From contig NC_043010.1 in assembly GCF_006345805.1 (NCBI RefSeq), positions 50,034,001 through 50,098,000 of the forward strand: a stretch of 64,000 nucleotides of DNA, read 5' to 3'. Of this stretch, positions 62,242 through 64,000 are shown piece by piece. The DNA is from Octopus sinensis (Eukaryota). Made by a program: the position numbers and the translations under genes. The notes under the pieces were generated by a model. The model ran no database searches. It saw nothing but the letters and a program-made list of their open reading frames with translations, and had not been told where the DNA came from. The stretch's first letter is position 1; every line of letters starts with the position of its first letter.

Positions 62242-62385
62242 TTAAGGGCATTACTATACATAAATGCCTCACGCTAGGAGGGACTCTTAAAGTCAAAACT
62301 ACCATAATAAACATGTGTTTATTATGGTAGTTTTGACTTTGAGTTCCTCCTAGCATGAGACATTTATGCATAGTAATGCCCTTAA
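62242..62385. repeat. ~70-bp-arm palindrome (4 substitutions, one 2-nt indel, 2-nt centre)
   Basis: 62242-62313 vs 62316-62385. Confidence 0.92.
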
Positions 62386-62619
62386 TATAAGTAAATATAT
62401 TTAAAGGAAATAATTAATAAATTTTTCCCTTATGAGGTTTTTCACGCTAACTACTTGATAATTTCTTATAAAGATTTTATCCTATTTTTAAATTGTGTGT
62501 GTTTGTGTGTGTATATATATATCATCATCATCATCATCATCAATATATATATATATAATATATATATATATATGTACATACATACATACATATATATATA
62601 TATATATGTACATACATAC

Positions 62620-62650
<31 letters not shown>

Positions 62651-63030
62651 TACAAGGGGGTACCCAAAAGTAACCAGAAATGTTCTCTGTGGAACAAACC
62701 CATTGTAGTTCAGGCTTCCGCTGCTAGAAGCCACTTGATGTGACCCTCAGCCATCAATCTGCTGACTAGCATCATCCTGTGAGGTCATATTTGCCATGTG
62801 GTGCATCTTTGTTTTGCAGTGCTTCTCCCCTGTTTGTTGATTTGTGCGATGTTTGAAACAAAGGAACAGCGGTGTGCTTCTGTGAAATCCTGTTTCCTGC
62901 TGGGGAAAACAGCAGCTGAAACAGTTGTCGTGCTTCAAACAGCTGATAAGGCTGCTGCCATGAGCGAAACTCATGTTTACAAGTGGTTTTCACACTTTAG
63001 GAATGGTCACTTGTCACTTGAGGAACGGTG
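62651..63030 (+). mobile_element. Mariner 5' fragment
   Basis: TA-CAAGGGGGTACCCAAAAG end; peptide EQR..VK.CFLLGKTAAETV..LQTA...MSETHVYKWFSHFRNG. Confidence 0.85.
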
Positions 63031-63582
63031 AATAATGCTTAACCAGGTGTAACCTTTTTGTTTGTTAGGGGTTAAGTAAATTCAAGGAAAAGAATGGGTG
63101 GTAAAAATTACTTTTGATCTTGATCTATTTTTTGTCATAGAGATGTCTAACATACTAAGTCACAGATTCTCTTCACTCCTTTGTTAACCAAAGAAAATAG
63201 TAACTGATATAAACATAGCTCACCCACACATAACAAGTTGAAGATCAGTTCAGTTGATGGGGTAGAGATGGTGGGGTTGGGGATAAAATGTCCTTTACAT
63301 AAACACATATTAAACTTTGTCTTCATTTCAACTGACACCTATGCCATTAAACTGAACAATAAATAACTATGTCTAACCCTAGAAGTAAAATAAACAACAA
63401 AAAAAAACCTATTTTGAAGGGCAATGACATCATCTGAATGACACCTAAAAATATTACATATACACATATATAAATATACATTAACGCATATTAAAAATAC
63501 ACACGCACAAATGCATACAGACCAAATATTTCTGCTTTGTCAGCCTGTTAATGTTTCAGATCTTCACATTTCTCCTGTTCAG

Positions 63583-63609
63583 GTTCAAGACAACAATCCA
63601 AATCAGATG
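63583..63609 (+). CDS. DCTN1: Candidate 27-nt phase-1 microexon ((S)SRQQSKSD)
   Basis: cacatttctcctgttcag acceptor, atg|gtaaat donor; symmetric phase 1/1 matching the exon ending at 58827. Confidence 0.5.
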
Positions 63610-63773
63610 GTAAATCAATGCTTTATTTGTATTCTGTTTTGTAACCTTTCATTTTCTTTTATTTCTTAAAAAAAATTTTTTTTTGTTTCATCTGTGTCCA
63701 TTTCTTTTTCCACCCCTCCTCATACTATATATATATATATTTATGTATATATATATATATATTATATATGTAC

Positions 63774-63805
<32 letters not shown>

Positions 63806-63817
63806 GTACATACATAC

Positions 63818-63848
<31 letters not shown>

Positions 63849-64000
63849 TACAAGGGGGTACCCAAAAGTAACCAGAAATGTTCTCTGTGGAACAAACCCA
63901 TTGTAGTTCAGGCTTCCGCTGCTAGAAGCCACTTGATGTGACCCTCAGCCATCAATCTGCTGACTAGCATCATCCTGTGAGGTCATATTTGCCATGTGGT
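63849..64000 (+). mobile_element. Second, identical copy of the mariner 5' fragment (runs off window)
   Basis: Identical to sequence from 62651, including the upstream compound microsatellite. Confidence 0.85.

Noticed and set aside
62455-62743. Stack of short Y/I/C/V-rich ORFs
   Set aside because: Translations of dinucleotide microsatellites.

Overview
AT-rich, microsatellite- and transposon-dense animal genomic DNA, most likely an octopus (inferred from SINE/MITE content and composition). The whole window lies inside one + strand gene, dynactin subunit 1 (DCTN1/p150Glued). I traced 22 GT-AG exons (2633-58827, 2454 nt, 817 full codons) with consistent phases, from the second half of the CAP-Gly domain through the basic/Ser-rich linker, CC1 and the ICD; both gene ends lie outside the window. 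The introns carry SINEs, CR1/RTE LINE ends, mariner relics, and hAT, TTAA-type, pogo-like and Helitron non-autonomous elements. Highlights: (1) several frame-preserving microexon candidates, including a 21-nt one adding exactly one in-register heptad to CC1 and an 18-nt ATG-initiated one that could start a CAP-Gly-less isoform; (2) Penelope-type minimal hammerhead ribozyme motifs, mostly in (TA)n-flanked inserts, one with an intact core in the sense orientation of the pre-mRNA; (3) long near-perfect hairpins and inverted SINE pairs around exons (ADAR/circRNA candidates); (4) a ~1.2-kb duplication at the window end. All calls were made by eye; repeat boundaries are approximate.
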